DNA from: Candidatus Nomurabacteria bacterium
GTDB lineage: Bacteria > Patescibacteriota > Saccharimonadia > Saccharimonadales > HK-STAS-PATE-42
NCBI GenBank assembly: GCA_023898665.1
Contig: CP060233.1
Location: forward strand, 612,368 to 676,367
DNA length: 64,000 nucleotides
Direction: 5' to 3'
Shown in pieces: positions 38,192 through 47,370 of the stretch; position 1 is the stretch's first letter, and each line of letters begins with the position of its first letter. Below the pieces are notes generated by a model. It worked only from the letters and a program-made list of their open reading frames with translations, made no database searches and was not told the DNA's origin. The translations under genes and the position numbers were made by a program.

Positions 38192-41100
38192 TTATTGACC
38201 AATGCCAAGCTTCTTTAGGGTAGTTCTTAAATCCATATTTAGCAGCGTTTCCCGCTAACCATTTGTAGCAAGAAGTTTGCCTAGTACTACAGCCCTTAAA
38301 GTCAATAGCGACTCCCCCTTCATGATTTGAAGTTCCTGGTCGAGCTGTTGGTGGGCTGCATTCTCCTGGAGGTCTTTCAATTATTGCGTAATTAGAAGAT
38401 CCACAATTTCTTCGTCTTAAGTCTACTTGCTCATCGTAGGACCTAAATGCATTACCGTCCAGCTTAACACCATCTGCAGCGGCAGCTTTAACCATGTTAT
38501 CTACATTAGTACAGTACTCAGCACGTATATCAATTGAAGTGCCCGGAACAACCTGCACTTCTATATCGTTTTTTGGCTTGCCAGAATTTGGTCTCGTAAC
38601 CGCTACAGACTCACACTTGCCAAGAGCACCTTCGAGAGGCTGATCATTAACATCTGATGTACCACCGTTATCTGAACTGGTTGTATCAAAGTTCTCGAAT
38701 CCACATATTTTGTCATCTATTCTGAAGTTTGTACCCATTGTATCCGTAACCGTGCAAAGTAGCCTGCAGCCGTCTATCTCAGTAGATGTACCTGACCCAT
38801 CTGGATCTTTCAAATTAGGATCGGTTCCGTCCTCAGCAGCCTTTCTTTTGGCATCAATAGCAGAAGTCTGATCTTCGCATCTTTCTGCATCAGACAGGTC
38901 TTGAATCTGCTCTTCCGTAAGTCCATCAATATATGAATCTGGTATGCCATAGCAAATAACCCCAAAGTCTGTAATAGCCTGGCCTTTTTTATTTTCTTGG
39001 GTACATGTATCTGAGTTAGAATCTGCAAATGCAGTTTTTGACCCCCCGCTAAATGCAAGTGCTATGTTATTAAATGGATTTATAAAGTTATTATATCCAC
39101 CTTCAGTTACAGCCATACCGATGAATCCTGAAGCTAAAGTATCCGAATGAGATATATCGAACATCCTATCAAAGAATGAACTTGAAGCTAACTCCTCCCG
39201 CCTTTCGGCAGCTATAGATTGGTTAAGGCTTGCTGCTTGATCTGGAGTAAGAGGTATACCACCAAGACCCCCGCCGTCTCCGACTCCCTTGGCAAAAGCA
39301 GATTGTTGTACTTCGCCTCCACCGATCCAAGCATCAACCATTCTTGCACCCGATTTTGTGTCAGTTTTTAATCCGCCTTGTAGTAACTCTGGTCCAGCTA
39401 AGCTTTGCCCCGTGATCAAAATAGTGAGGCCGTTTGATATCCAGCCTGTAACATTTTGCATAAGTGCTTTTATAGGCGGAATCTCTGCTATAAAATTAGC
39501 AACTCTATCTAAGCTTAACAAGCTAATTAATCTTGAGAATCCACCTTGAGCACCGTGATATGTTTCTTGAAGACTTGGACAAAATGGAAGGTCTGGTTGA
39601 CTATTAATTCCTCCGCTTGCAACTAAAGATAGAATACATCCGCTAGTGTAAGTACTTAAGCCCTGGTATGCTCCCGCGCCGTTCTGTACGAATGAGAATA
39701 ATGAACTTAATGGGTTTAAGGGATCGTAATCTACTCTGTGATTTTCGCAAGTATTTTGGTCGTCCGCCATACCAACTTGTTTTAAATTTGATGGATCCCC
39801 CTTAGAAAAAATCTCTTCGATTCCGGAGCCAAGACTCGCAGGATCAGAGATGGATATATTAGGCTTACAGTTATACCCTGCAGGCTTTTTTCCGTTTATT
39901 GACTTGTAGCCGACCATATCTGCAAATAATCTGCTACTACCAAGTCCATTAATTAAACTTAGTCTCATATCTCCAGCTGACTGAAGATCTACATAACTTC
40001 TTTTTTCTTCACTAATTGTTGTATCTAAAAGATTTGCAACATCAAGCATCGATTGAGCGTTCTGCGAGCTAATAAAGTGCTGCAGTGTTCCGTCTGTTGC
40101 AAGATCTAAGGCATCCAGTACAGTCAGAGCTAACATAACCCAACCAATTACAGGGATCGCTTTTGTTGCAGTTTCTCCGAATTTTTCTGCTAAAGTCTCA
40201 TTTAGCTTATTAATTAGATCTTTGACGATCTGTACTTCAATCTCTTGAAGGCTTTTACCACCATATTTATCTAAAAGTTCAGTTACTTTTTCAACGCCCA
40301 ATCTATCAGCAGCAGCTGCGATCGCCCTATTCTCTTTAATTAGGTTACTAGGACTTGCCCTTGAAGATTCTCCACTTAGCAGTATCTCAAGAAGCAAACC
40401 GACCCTCGCATTACCTTTATTTACTACAAATTTAGTTAGGTATTTTCTAAAATCAGAAGTTGCCGTTTTCTTTAGCGCTGTTATGTCGTCAAGCTTTTTA
40501 GCAACTTTTTGTGGAGTAAAGACTCGGCCGGGTAAGCCAAGATCTCTTAAATAGCCCGCTTTTAAGTTCCTTCGCTTTAAGTACTGATGCCACTTAGTGT
40601 CGTTTTTAAGTGATGCTTTCATCTCCTTTCTTATAATTAAAGATGCCTCCCTTCTGCCAACAAACTCTGCAGTGTCTAAGTCTGGGACACCAAATTTTCC
40701 AGACGCTTGAAAATTTCCGCCTTCAGATTCTGGCCTGTTTATTGTGACCTTATAGGGTCTACCAGAATCTCTTTGTGAGTAATCATACTCAACATTAACA
40801 CCATTTCTAGAGAGAGAATCTTCTATTTTGGCGGCTTGCCAGTCGTTAAAAAGCTGAGATAAACGAGTGTCTCTTTCTTCGATTCTAGGCCTACATGCAT
40901 TGATTCCGGCGACATTTCCGGCAAGATTATAAGCGGTTTTACATTTTTCTACAGCTACCCTATTCTTCATATAAGAATAGAGGACTTTTTGGCCCATCTT
41001 ATCGACAGCACGTTCGGTATAGGCAGAAACTTTGTTTTGTATCCAACTTTGCATTGCATGAGGAATAACCCCAAGTATTCCTATTGGCACTGCCACAGCT

Positions 41101-41636
41101 ATAGCAAAAACTGCACCGAGAGCCAGCATTCTAACTCGCTTTCTTGCTCTACCACGAATATTAAGTCTACTAACTTTCTGACTTTCTACTTGATCAATCC
41201 TTTCTCCGATATCTTTAATCCACTGTTGATTATATTTATCGATGGTATCACTTAATTTTTGCGCTTCTGAATTACTCGAGATAGTTTTTGTTTTAGTACT
41301 CTTTTTTTTACTTGATTCTCCATCCGCTTCTTGCGACGATGAACCTATTGTCGGCCTAAAGCCTGATTGTTTAGTGCTTGGACTTGTTTGTTTTGCTGTA
41401 CCAAAATTATCATTATAAAAATCATCAACAGGATTAACATTAGAGCTACTAGATTCGGCTTCGGCTAGATCTTTAACTGCGAGAACGCCATCTCTTAAGC
41501 CAGCTTCCATTTGATCTAATTCGGCCAATTCTTTTGGGGTTATAGAAGTGTCACCATCTGGCGCATTGGTAAATGGCATTGGTCTCTTAGGTTTTACACC
41601 AGGTAGGTTACGGTTATTAGTCTGTTGTTTAGCCAT
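38181..41636 (-). CDS. large membrane-anchored protein with C-terminal M15 (VanY-type) peptidase domain
   Basis: 1151 aa. Disordered N-terminus and TM segments near VRMLALGAVFAIAVAVPIGILGV and AIPVIGWVMLALTVLDALDLA. C-terminal FRSYDEQVDL ... PGTSNHEGGVAIDF ... AKYGFKNYPKEAWHWS matches the VanY/M15B pattern. Confidence 0.75.
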   Translation of the reverse strand: MAKQQTNNRNLPGVKPKRPMPFTNAPDGDTSITPKELAELDQMEAGLRDGVLAVKDLAEAESSSSNVNPVDDFYNDNFGTAKQTSPSTKQSGFRPTIGSSSQEADGESSKKKSTKTKTISSNSEAQKLSDTIDKYNQQWIKDIGERIDQVESQKVSRLNIRGRARKRVRMLALGAVFAIAVAVPIGILGVIPHAMQSWIQNKVSAYTERAVDKMGQKVLYSYMKNRVAVEKCKTAYNLAGNVAGINACRPRIEERDTRLSQLFNDWQAAKIEDSLSRNGVNVEYDYSQRDSGRPYKVTINRPESEGGNFQASGKFGVPDLDTAEFVGRREASLIIRKEMKASLKNDTKWHQYLKRRNLKAGYLRDLGLPGRVFTPQKVAKKLDDITALKKTATSDFRKYLTKFVVNKGNARVGLLLEILLSGESSRASPSNLIKENRAIAAAADRLGVEKVTELLDKYGGKSLQEIEVQIVKDLINKLNETLAEKFGETATKAIPVIGWVMLALTVLDALDLATDGTLQHFISSQNAQSMLDVANLLDTTISEEKRSYVDLQSAGDMRLSLINGLGSSRLFADMVGYKSINGKKPAGYNCKPNISISDPASLGSGIEEIFSKGDPSNLKQVGMADDQNTCENHRVDYDPLNPLSSLFSFVQNGAGAYQGLSTYTSGCILSLVASGGINSQPDLPFCPSLQETYHGAQGGFSRLISLLSLDRVANFIAEIPPIKALMQNVTGWISNGLTILITGQSLAGPELLQGGLKTDTKSGARMVDAWIGGGEVQQSAFAKGVGDGGGLGGIPLTPDQAASLNQSIAAERREELASSSFFDRMFDISHSDTLASGFIGMAVTEGGYNNFINPFNNIALAFSGGSKTAFADSNSDTCTQENKKGQAITDFGVICYGIPDSYIDGLTEEQIQDLSDAERCEDQTSAIDAKRKAAEDGTDPNLKDPDGSGTSTEIDGCRLLCTVTDTMGTNFRIDDKICGFENFDTTSSDNGGTSDVNDQPLEGALGKCESVAVTRPNSGKPKNDIEVQVVPGTSIDIRAEYCTNVDNMVKAAAADGVKLDGNAFRSYDEQVDLRRRNCGSSNYAIIERPPGECSPPTARPGTSNHEGGVAIDFKGCSTRQTSCYKWLAGNAAKYGFKNYPKEAWHWSINGR

Positions 41637-41659
41637 CTAATAAATTGACTCTATTAATT

Positions 41660-43591
41660 TTAGTTTTGAGGTGAAACTCCTTGGTTTGGAGATTGTATTG
41701 AAGCATTACTATTAACAGCCTCAAACCTTTGTTCTGGGTTATCTTGCTGAAGCTGATATGATGCATCTGCCATAGCAGATATTTCTTTTGCTTTGGCAAG
41801 CTGTGCTGGATCAGTTGTAATAATCTCAGTCTCTGTTGGGCTAGCCTCTACCTTTACATGTACATGGTTGGAGCCAGCAAACAGTAAACCTTGACCGACA
41901 GGGAACTGTGTTAACCTTTTCTTCTCTTCGTCAGTTAGCTTGAAGACCTGCTGAAGGATATCTACTGCAGATGTAGACTGTTTAAGAAGTAGTTGCATCG
42001 ATGCGTTAGAGACAATAGCACGACCAGCTTGATCGGTCATCATATCCTCAACATCCTGAGTTACGGTAGTTAAGCCTAAGTAATACTTACGGGCTCTTTT
42101 TGCCAAAGAGAACATAAAGTCTGCAGAATCTTTATATTTTAACAACTGCCAAGCTTCATCAACAATTAAGTTTCTTCTCTTTTTATCGCTCTTAGTTTTG
42201 TTCCAGATGTGGTTCAAGACAATATACATCGCTACCGGACGTAATTCTTCTTCTAAGTCTCTAATATTAAATACGACTAAGTTATTATTAATATCAATAT
42301 TGCTCTGTTGGGAGAAGATCCCTGCAAATGTACCTGTAATGTATTTACGAATCATTTGGGCCATAGCCGGACCAGTACCTTGCATATGAGCAAGCGTCTC
42401 GTAGAGATCTGATATGGTTGGAGGCCGAGATTGGTGAGTTAGTGGATCTGCAGTTATACCTGCACGAGCGTAAGTATCAATTAAAGCTTGGTCTAGATCT
42501 GCTTCCATTACTGGGTTAACTTGCCCACCCATCATCAATCTAAATAATCCGTGAAGCATGATTAAGTTTGCCCTTAGGGCGTTATCGGCTTCTTCTACAT
42601 CAACGACTCTTGGTAAATCAAAAGGATTAATTCTAGTAGTAGAACTTAGGCTTAAGCGGATATATGTACCGCCTACAGCCTCGGCTAGCTTTTGATACTC
42701 GTTCTCCGGATCGATAATAACTACTTCCGTTCCCATCATCATGCTTCTAAGGGCTTCGAGTTTTACAGCGAAGGATTTACCTGCTCCTGATTTTGCAAAG
42801 ACTACCATATTGGCATTTTCTAATGAGAATCTATCAAAGATAACTAGACCGTTATTATGCATATTAATTCCATACAAGATTCCGTTTTCTTGGGTAAGAT
42901 CGGCAGAGGTGAATGGGAAGCTGGTAGAGAGTGCTCCGGTATTCATGTTGCGTCTTACTTGTAAATCATCAGTGTTTTGAGGAAGTGATGAGTTAAAGCC
43001 AGCCTCCATTTGGGAGCTTGCAACTTTTGAGTAAACTAATTGTTGGCCTAAGATTGTCTCAACCTTATGCTGTATAAAATCTAGTTCTTCTAAACTTTTG
43101 CCGTAAATCGTTAGATATAAACCAAAACGGAAAAAGCGCTCTTCGCCAACTTGAAGAGCGTCCCGAAGTTGCTCAGCATCTGAGATTGCTGCTTGCTTGC
43201 CCGGATCACGCGTTCGACCTTTTTCTTGGTCAATCATAATCCCAGCTTCGAGTTGTGTGACTTTTTTTCTTAAGTTTTCTAATACGATCTGACTTGCAAC
43301 GGGATATATAAACATACTTAGATCAAGTTCTTCGTCTATATTAACTATCGGAGACAACCAGCCGGTAAAAATTTGTCTAGGATAGCCAAAGACGTACATC
43401 GTTCTGGCAAAATAAGTACCAAGCTTAAATTCACTAGAGGAGAACTCTAGGCTGCTTGGAGCCACGAAATCTCTAAGTTCGGTAATTCCTCTTAAAAAAG
43501 CTGCTTCAACTTCTTGTTGTTCTCTTATTCTTTGCTGTTGAGCAATGTCGATTGGGTCATTCCGTTCTTGATTTTTATTAAATAATGCCAT
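41660..43591 (-). CDS. VirB4/TraE-type type IV secretion ATPase
   Basis: 643 aa. Walker A FAKSGAGKSF, Walker B NLIVDEAWQLL, and an N-terminal domain with the layout of Gram-positive conjugation VirB4 homologues. Confidence 0.85.
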   Translation of the reverse strand: MALFNKNQERNDPIDIAQQQRIREQQEVEAAFLRGITELRDFVAPSSLEFSSSEFKLGTYFARTMYVFGYPRQIFTGWLSPIVNIDEELDLSMFIYPVASQIVLENLRKKVTQLEAGIMIDQEKGRTRDPGKQAAISDAEQLRDALQVGEERFFRFGLYLTIYGKSLEELDFIQHKVETILGQQLVYSKVASSQMEAGFNSSLPQNTDDLQVRRNMNTGALSTSFPFTSADLTQENGILYGINMHNNGLVIFDRFSLENANMVVFAKSGAGKSFAVKLEALRSMMMGTEVVIIDPENEYQKLAEAVGGTYIRLSLSSTTRINPFDLPRVVDVEEADNALRANLIMLHGLFRLMMGGQVNPVMEADLDQALIDTYARAGITADPLTHQSRPPTISDLYETLAHMQGTGPAMAQMIRKYITGTFAGIFSQQSNIDINNNLVVFNIRDLEEELRPVAMYIVLNHIWNKTKSDKKRRNLIVDEAWQLLKYKDSADFMFSLAKRARKYYLGLTTVTQDVEDMMTDQAGRAIVSNASMQLLLKQSTSAVDILQQVFKLTDEEKKRLTQFPVGQGLLFAGSNHVHVKVEASPTETEIITTDPAQLAKAKEISAMADASYQLQQDNPEQRFEAVNSNASIQSPNQGVSPQN

Positions 43592-43604
43592 AACTCTATT
43601 TATT

Positions 43605-44510
43605 TCATTGTTCGCTTGCTTTCTCGAGATGCACTTGGCGTGCTGAGCCTTCTCCTTTTGAGACGACTGGGCTACTTAAGCTTTCCATATCAAGCAGTGT
43701 TTGTCGTGTGGCAGTATCAGGGTTGTAATAATTGTAAAATAACTCGATTAGCTCAGAAGTACTTAATGGGGCAGCAGTAACTCCCATTTGGAGTAATCCA
43801 TTAACAACTCCTTGTACACGATTTCTAAGCTCAACTTTCGATTTCTCCAGCTTCTCTTCGTCCATTCTAATTGGCCCGTGGGATTCTTTTTTAAATAGTT
43901 TAGAAAATGCGGTTGCTGTAACATTTTTATCTTTAGTTCTGTCATCTTCTCCAGGGACTAAAGGCACAACTACATAGAACTCTTTACTCATAATGTTCGT
44001 TTGCGAAACAAGATTCGAAATAAAGTAAATATAATCTTCCATTAATAACCCTAAGAGCATATTGTCTGTCTCTCCTCTAATTTTAGCGAGTTTTTCGAGG
44101 TATGGGCCCATGTCGATTTTTCTAGATCTAACTAAAATCTGGACATTAAAATATAGTGAGTTCAAGAAAGATTGATAAGCATACTCGACTGACTCTTGTT
44201 CAGCAATGCTCATTAGATCGTAATTTATTGACTTGGCTTTAACTACGGCACGAAAACTGCCATCGTTCATAATAACTAAACCGTCTCTAATCTCTGCGAA
44301 CTTCAGTAAGTTTTGAGAGCTATACCGATTAGACTTATCTTTTACTGCTTTATCGAATTGGGCCTCGTGATCAGCTAAGTAACTATCAATGTCGCTTGGA
44401 CCTTTTTTTTGTGGATTAAATACTCCCTTTAGACCTCCGCCAGAGTTATTACCACCCTGGTTGCTTTGGCTTGTGTTTGTTTGATTGCTTTGTGGGCCAA
44501 CCGGATTCAT
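43605..44510 (-). CDS. VirB4-cluster protein, soluble, no NTPase motifs
   Basis: 301 aa and first gene of the cluster. Gly/Asn/Gln-rich N-terminus. The segment IRDGLVIMNDGSFRAVVKAKSINYDLMSIAEQESVEYAYQSFLNSLYFNVQILVRSRKIDMGPYLEKL resembles, by eye, the non-catalytic N-terminal region of VirB4-family proteins. Confidence 0.4.
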   Translation of the reverse strand: MNPVGPQSNQTNTSQSNQGGNNSGGGLKGVFNPQKKGPSDIDSYLADHEAQFDKAVKDKSNRYSSQNLLKFAEIRDGLVIMNDGSFRAVVKAKSINYDLMSIAEQESVEYAYQSFLNSLYFNVQILVRSRKIDMGPYLEKLAKIRGETDNMLLGLLMEDYIYFISNLVSQTNIMSKEFYVVVPLVPGEDDRTKDKNVTATAFSKLFKKESHGPIRMDEEKLEKSKVELRNRVQGVVNGLLQMGVTAAPLSTSELIELFYNYYNPDTATRQTLLDMESLSSPVVSKGEGSARQVHLEKASEQ

Positions 44511-44649
44511 GCTTAGCTTTTTGTATCTAATATTATTTTTGGCTAGGCCATCTACCCTCTAGCCTCAGCAGCTTATATTCCACTGATTTATACCATATGA
44601 TTATGGCATAAGCAGGATATGTTTTCCAGTTATTTGACTAGTCTTTTAT

Positions 44650-45063
44650 CTAGTTATATAGTTTAGCTTTTTTAAATAATTCATTAAGCTGTGAATCCAG
44701 TTCTTTATAACTTATTTTTGCAACCGTATCCGTATGTACAAAAACCATCGTCAACTGATCATCTTTAAAATCGGATTGGTTAATTCTAATCCACTCAAAT
44801 ACACGTCTTCTAATTCGGTTACGCACTACAGCTGATTTGGAGACTTTTTTGCTCACAACAACTGCAAACTTAGGAGCTAGCTTCATTTCAGAATTAAGCT
44901 TAGGTCGGGTATTAACTAGTTTTTTATAGCGTGATTGAATAAAATCGTGTTCACTGGGCAAAGTTCTAAGGCTAAATGACTCACTCCTTGCTGGTAAGCC
45001 TTTTTTTAAGACGATCTGTATAAAACCGTCCCAACTCTTGAATCTTAATTGTTTTTGTACCAT
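44650..45063 (-). CDS. rnpA: ribonuclease P protein component
   Basis: 137 aa. VSKKVSKSAVVRNRIRRRVFEWIR is the RnpA RNR motif, and the gene sits directly downstream of rpmH. The true start may be internal. Confidence 0.75.
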   Translation of the reverse strand: MVQKQLRFKSWDGFIQIVLKKGLPARSESFSLRTLPSEHDFIQSRYKKLVNTRPKLNSEMKLAPKFAVVVSKKVSKSAVVRNRIRRRVFEWIRINQSDFKDDQLTMVFVHTDTVAKISYKELDSQLNELFKKAKLYN

Positions 45064-45091
45064 TCAACTCTAGTCTAACAGATTAGAGATA

Positions 45092-45229
45092 TTAGTAGCT
45101 GAGTTTTTTGCGACCTTTTAGACGGCGAGCTTTTAAGACTGCACGTCCACCAGCTGTAGACATTCTTTTTCGGAAACCGAATTTACGCTTAGCTTTTTTT
45201 CTTTTTGGTTGGAAAGTTCTTTTTGACAT
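45092..45229 (-). CDS. rpmH: 50S ribosomal protein L34
   Basis: Not in the ORF track because it is only 45 aa. My translation is [45 protein letters not shown], a classic L34 sequence. Confidence 0.9.
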   Translation of the reverse strand: MSKRTFQPKRKKAKRKFGFRKRMSTAGGRAVLKARRLKGRKKLSY

Positions 45230-45317
45230 ATTAAGATATTGTAACACATACTCTTAGTAAAAGTTAAGTTTAGCTCGAGATAGTACATAATTTTTGCTAA
45301 AATAAGGTTATAAGATT

Positions 45318-46226
45318 ATGTCTCAACAAAAAAATAAAAAAGGAGAATACAAAGTTCTTCTCTATTATAAGTTTGTTCCGGTTGAAGATCCGGAATCTGT
45401 ACTGCTTTGGCAAAAAACACTTTGTGAAAATTTAGATTTAAAGGGGAGAATAATAGTAGCTCCTCACGGAATTAATGGAACTCTTGGCGGAAGTTTAGAA
45501 GCCTGTAAACTCTATGTAAAAGCCATGAAGAAGAGCTCTAAGTTTAGAGATACTCAGTTTAAGTGGAGTGAGGGAACTGGTGATGACTTCCCTAAGCTTA
45601 GTGTAAAAGTTAGAAAAGAGTTGGTAACACTAGATCCCGAAAAAGAGTTTGATGTTTATAACAAAAGTAAAGGCTTAAGTCCCCAGCAATGGCATGAGTA
45701 TTTAGAAAATCATCCAGATGTGACTCTTCTTGATGCAAGAAATGTTTACGAAAGTGAAATTGGTGTATTTAAGGCAGGATCAAAAAATTTAATTGCTCCT
45801 AAGATTAATGCATTTAGAGAGATTAAAGAGCATTTAGATGATATCCCGAAAGATAAGCCGGTTTTAACTTATTGTACTGGAGACGTAAGATGCGAGTACT
45901 TAAGTGCTTATATGAAAGACAAAGGATTTGAAGAGGTTTATCACCTTGAGGGAGGAATAGTAAAGTATGGGCAGCAGTTTGGAGACAAAGGATTTTGGAA
46001 TGGTAAATGCTTTACCTTTGATAATAGAATGAAGTTAGACTTTGCAGATGACATTGCTGAATGCAAATCATGCGGAAAAAAGACGAGTGAGCAAATAAAT
46101 TGTAAAGCGACCGATTGTAATGAGCTTCAGGTTATTTGTATTGATTGTCAAAAAAAAGGTTTTAAGTGTATAAAGTGCGGGAATGTTGGCATCGGAAGAA
46201 AACATAAAGATAAAACAAGAGGGTAA
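45318..46226 (+). CDS. trhO: rhodanese-domain tRNA U34 hydroxylase TrhO (YceA/UPF0176 family)
   Basis: 302 aa. LLYYKFVPVEDPE N-terminus, rhodanese active-site loop YCTGDVRCE, and a Cys-rich C-terminus. Confidence 0.75.
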   Translation: MSQQKNKKGEYKVLLYYKFVPVEDPESVLLWQKTLCENLDLKGRIIVAPHGINGTLGGSLEACKLYVKAMKKSSKFRDTQFKWSEGTGDDFPKLSVKVRKELVTLDPEKEFDVYNKSKGLSPQQWHEYLENHPDVTLLDARNVYESEIGVFKAGSKNLIAPKINAFREIKEHLDDIPKDKPVLTYCTGDVRCEYLSAYMKDKGFEEVYHLEGGIVKYGQQFGDKGFWNGKCFTFDNRMKLDFADDIAECKSCGKKTSEQINCKATDCNELQVICIDCQKKGFKCIKCGNVGIGRKHKDKTRG

Positions 46227-46326
46227 AGTTCACTCTTAATTCTCTCGATCTTTACGCTCTGTTTAAATACGGTCGAGGTGACTTCTTAAATATGATAAAA
46301 TTGTTTAAGAATTATAGACTTAATTT

Positions 46327-46542
46327 ATGAATATATTTGAGATTACAATAATTGCCAGTGCTATTATAATGATTATCTTAATCTTAGTGCAAACTCGTGG
46401 AGCGAGCCTTGGAGCCGGCTTTGGAGGATCTGGTGAACTCTATACAGCTAGGCGCGGGGTAGAGAAAAACATCTTCCAAATTACAATAATTGTCGCTGTC
46501 ATATTTGTTAGTAGCATAATGTTAAGTATTTTGTTGGGTTAA
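46327..46542 (+). CDS. secG: preprotein translocase subunit SecG
   Basis: 71 aa with two TM helices flanking LVQTRGASLGAGFGGSGELY, as expected for SecG. Confidence 0.75.
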   Translation: MNIFEITIIASAIIMIILILVQTRGASLGAGFGGSGELYTARRGVEKNIFQITIIVAVIFVSSIMLSILLG

Positions 46543-46623
46543 AAAGTATTCCTTTAAGGAGCTTCCTTGCTTAAAGCTCGCAAAAAAGCTTAAACTTAAT
46601 GGCATAACTTCTCTATTTATAAA

Positions 46624-47325
46624 ATGAAGATAAAGTTACAAAAACCGAAGAATTTAGCACAAAATTTTGACTTTAAAAAAAGTGTTGATAAAGCACACAA
46701 GAATATACATAGAAGAAGTCTAACATCTACGAGAAGACATATTGTAGGCAAAGCTGACTCGATTAAGAATCTAAGGGCTAGAAAATTAGTATTTTCTTGG
46801 AGCGCAAAATTTTTAATTGTTTTAGTACTTGGCTTATTAAGTTACTCTAAACTTAATTCTGCTGGAAGGTTCACAGGATTTGTTGGCGGGGGAGAAGTTA
46901 TTGCTGGCATAGAAGATCCGAACGAACAAATTAATTTGAACCCGTTGACACTAAGTACTCCTGCAGAATCCGCAGTTGGCAGATTAATTTACAGCTCTAT
47001 TTTAAAGTACGACCAAGAAGGAAAGCTGAAAGGAGATTTAGCAAAAAGCTATTCTATTGAGGATTCTGGCAAGAAGATTAGAGTTAGACTAAAAGATAAT
47101 ATAAAATGGCATGACAAAAAGAGTATTGTTGCTGACGATATTGTTTTTACTTTTACTAAGCTTAAAGATATTAGAGTAAATAGCAGTCTTAGAGATTCTC
47201 TCAATGGTGTTGATGTTGTTGCTCTTGATAACAAAAATTTTGAGATCACTAGCCCTAGAGTGGTGAGTGGTTTAGATGACTTGCTAACAAAAATCAGGAT
47301 CGCTCCCAAACATATTTTTGAATGA
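46624..47325 (+). pseudogene. family-5 (OppA/DppA-like) solute-binding protein, N-terminal fragment ending at an in-frame TGA
   Basis: 233 aa. N-terminal TM anchor and KWHDKKSIVADDIVFTF, the typical SBP_bac_5 motif. It is in the same frame as the next ORF, separated only by TGA 47323-47325. Confidence 0.7.
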
Positions 47326-47370
47326 GTAGACAGCGATAAGATATCAACCGTAAATTACAATAAGATCCCC

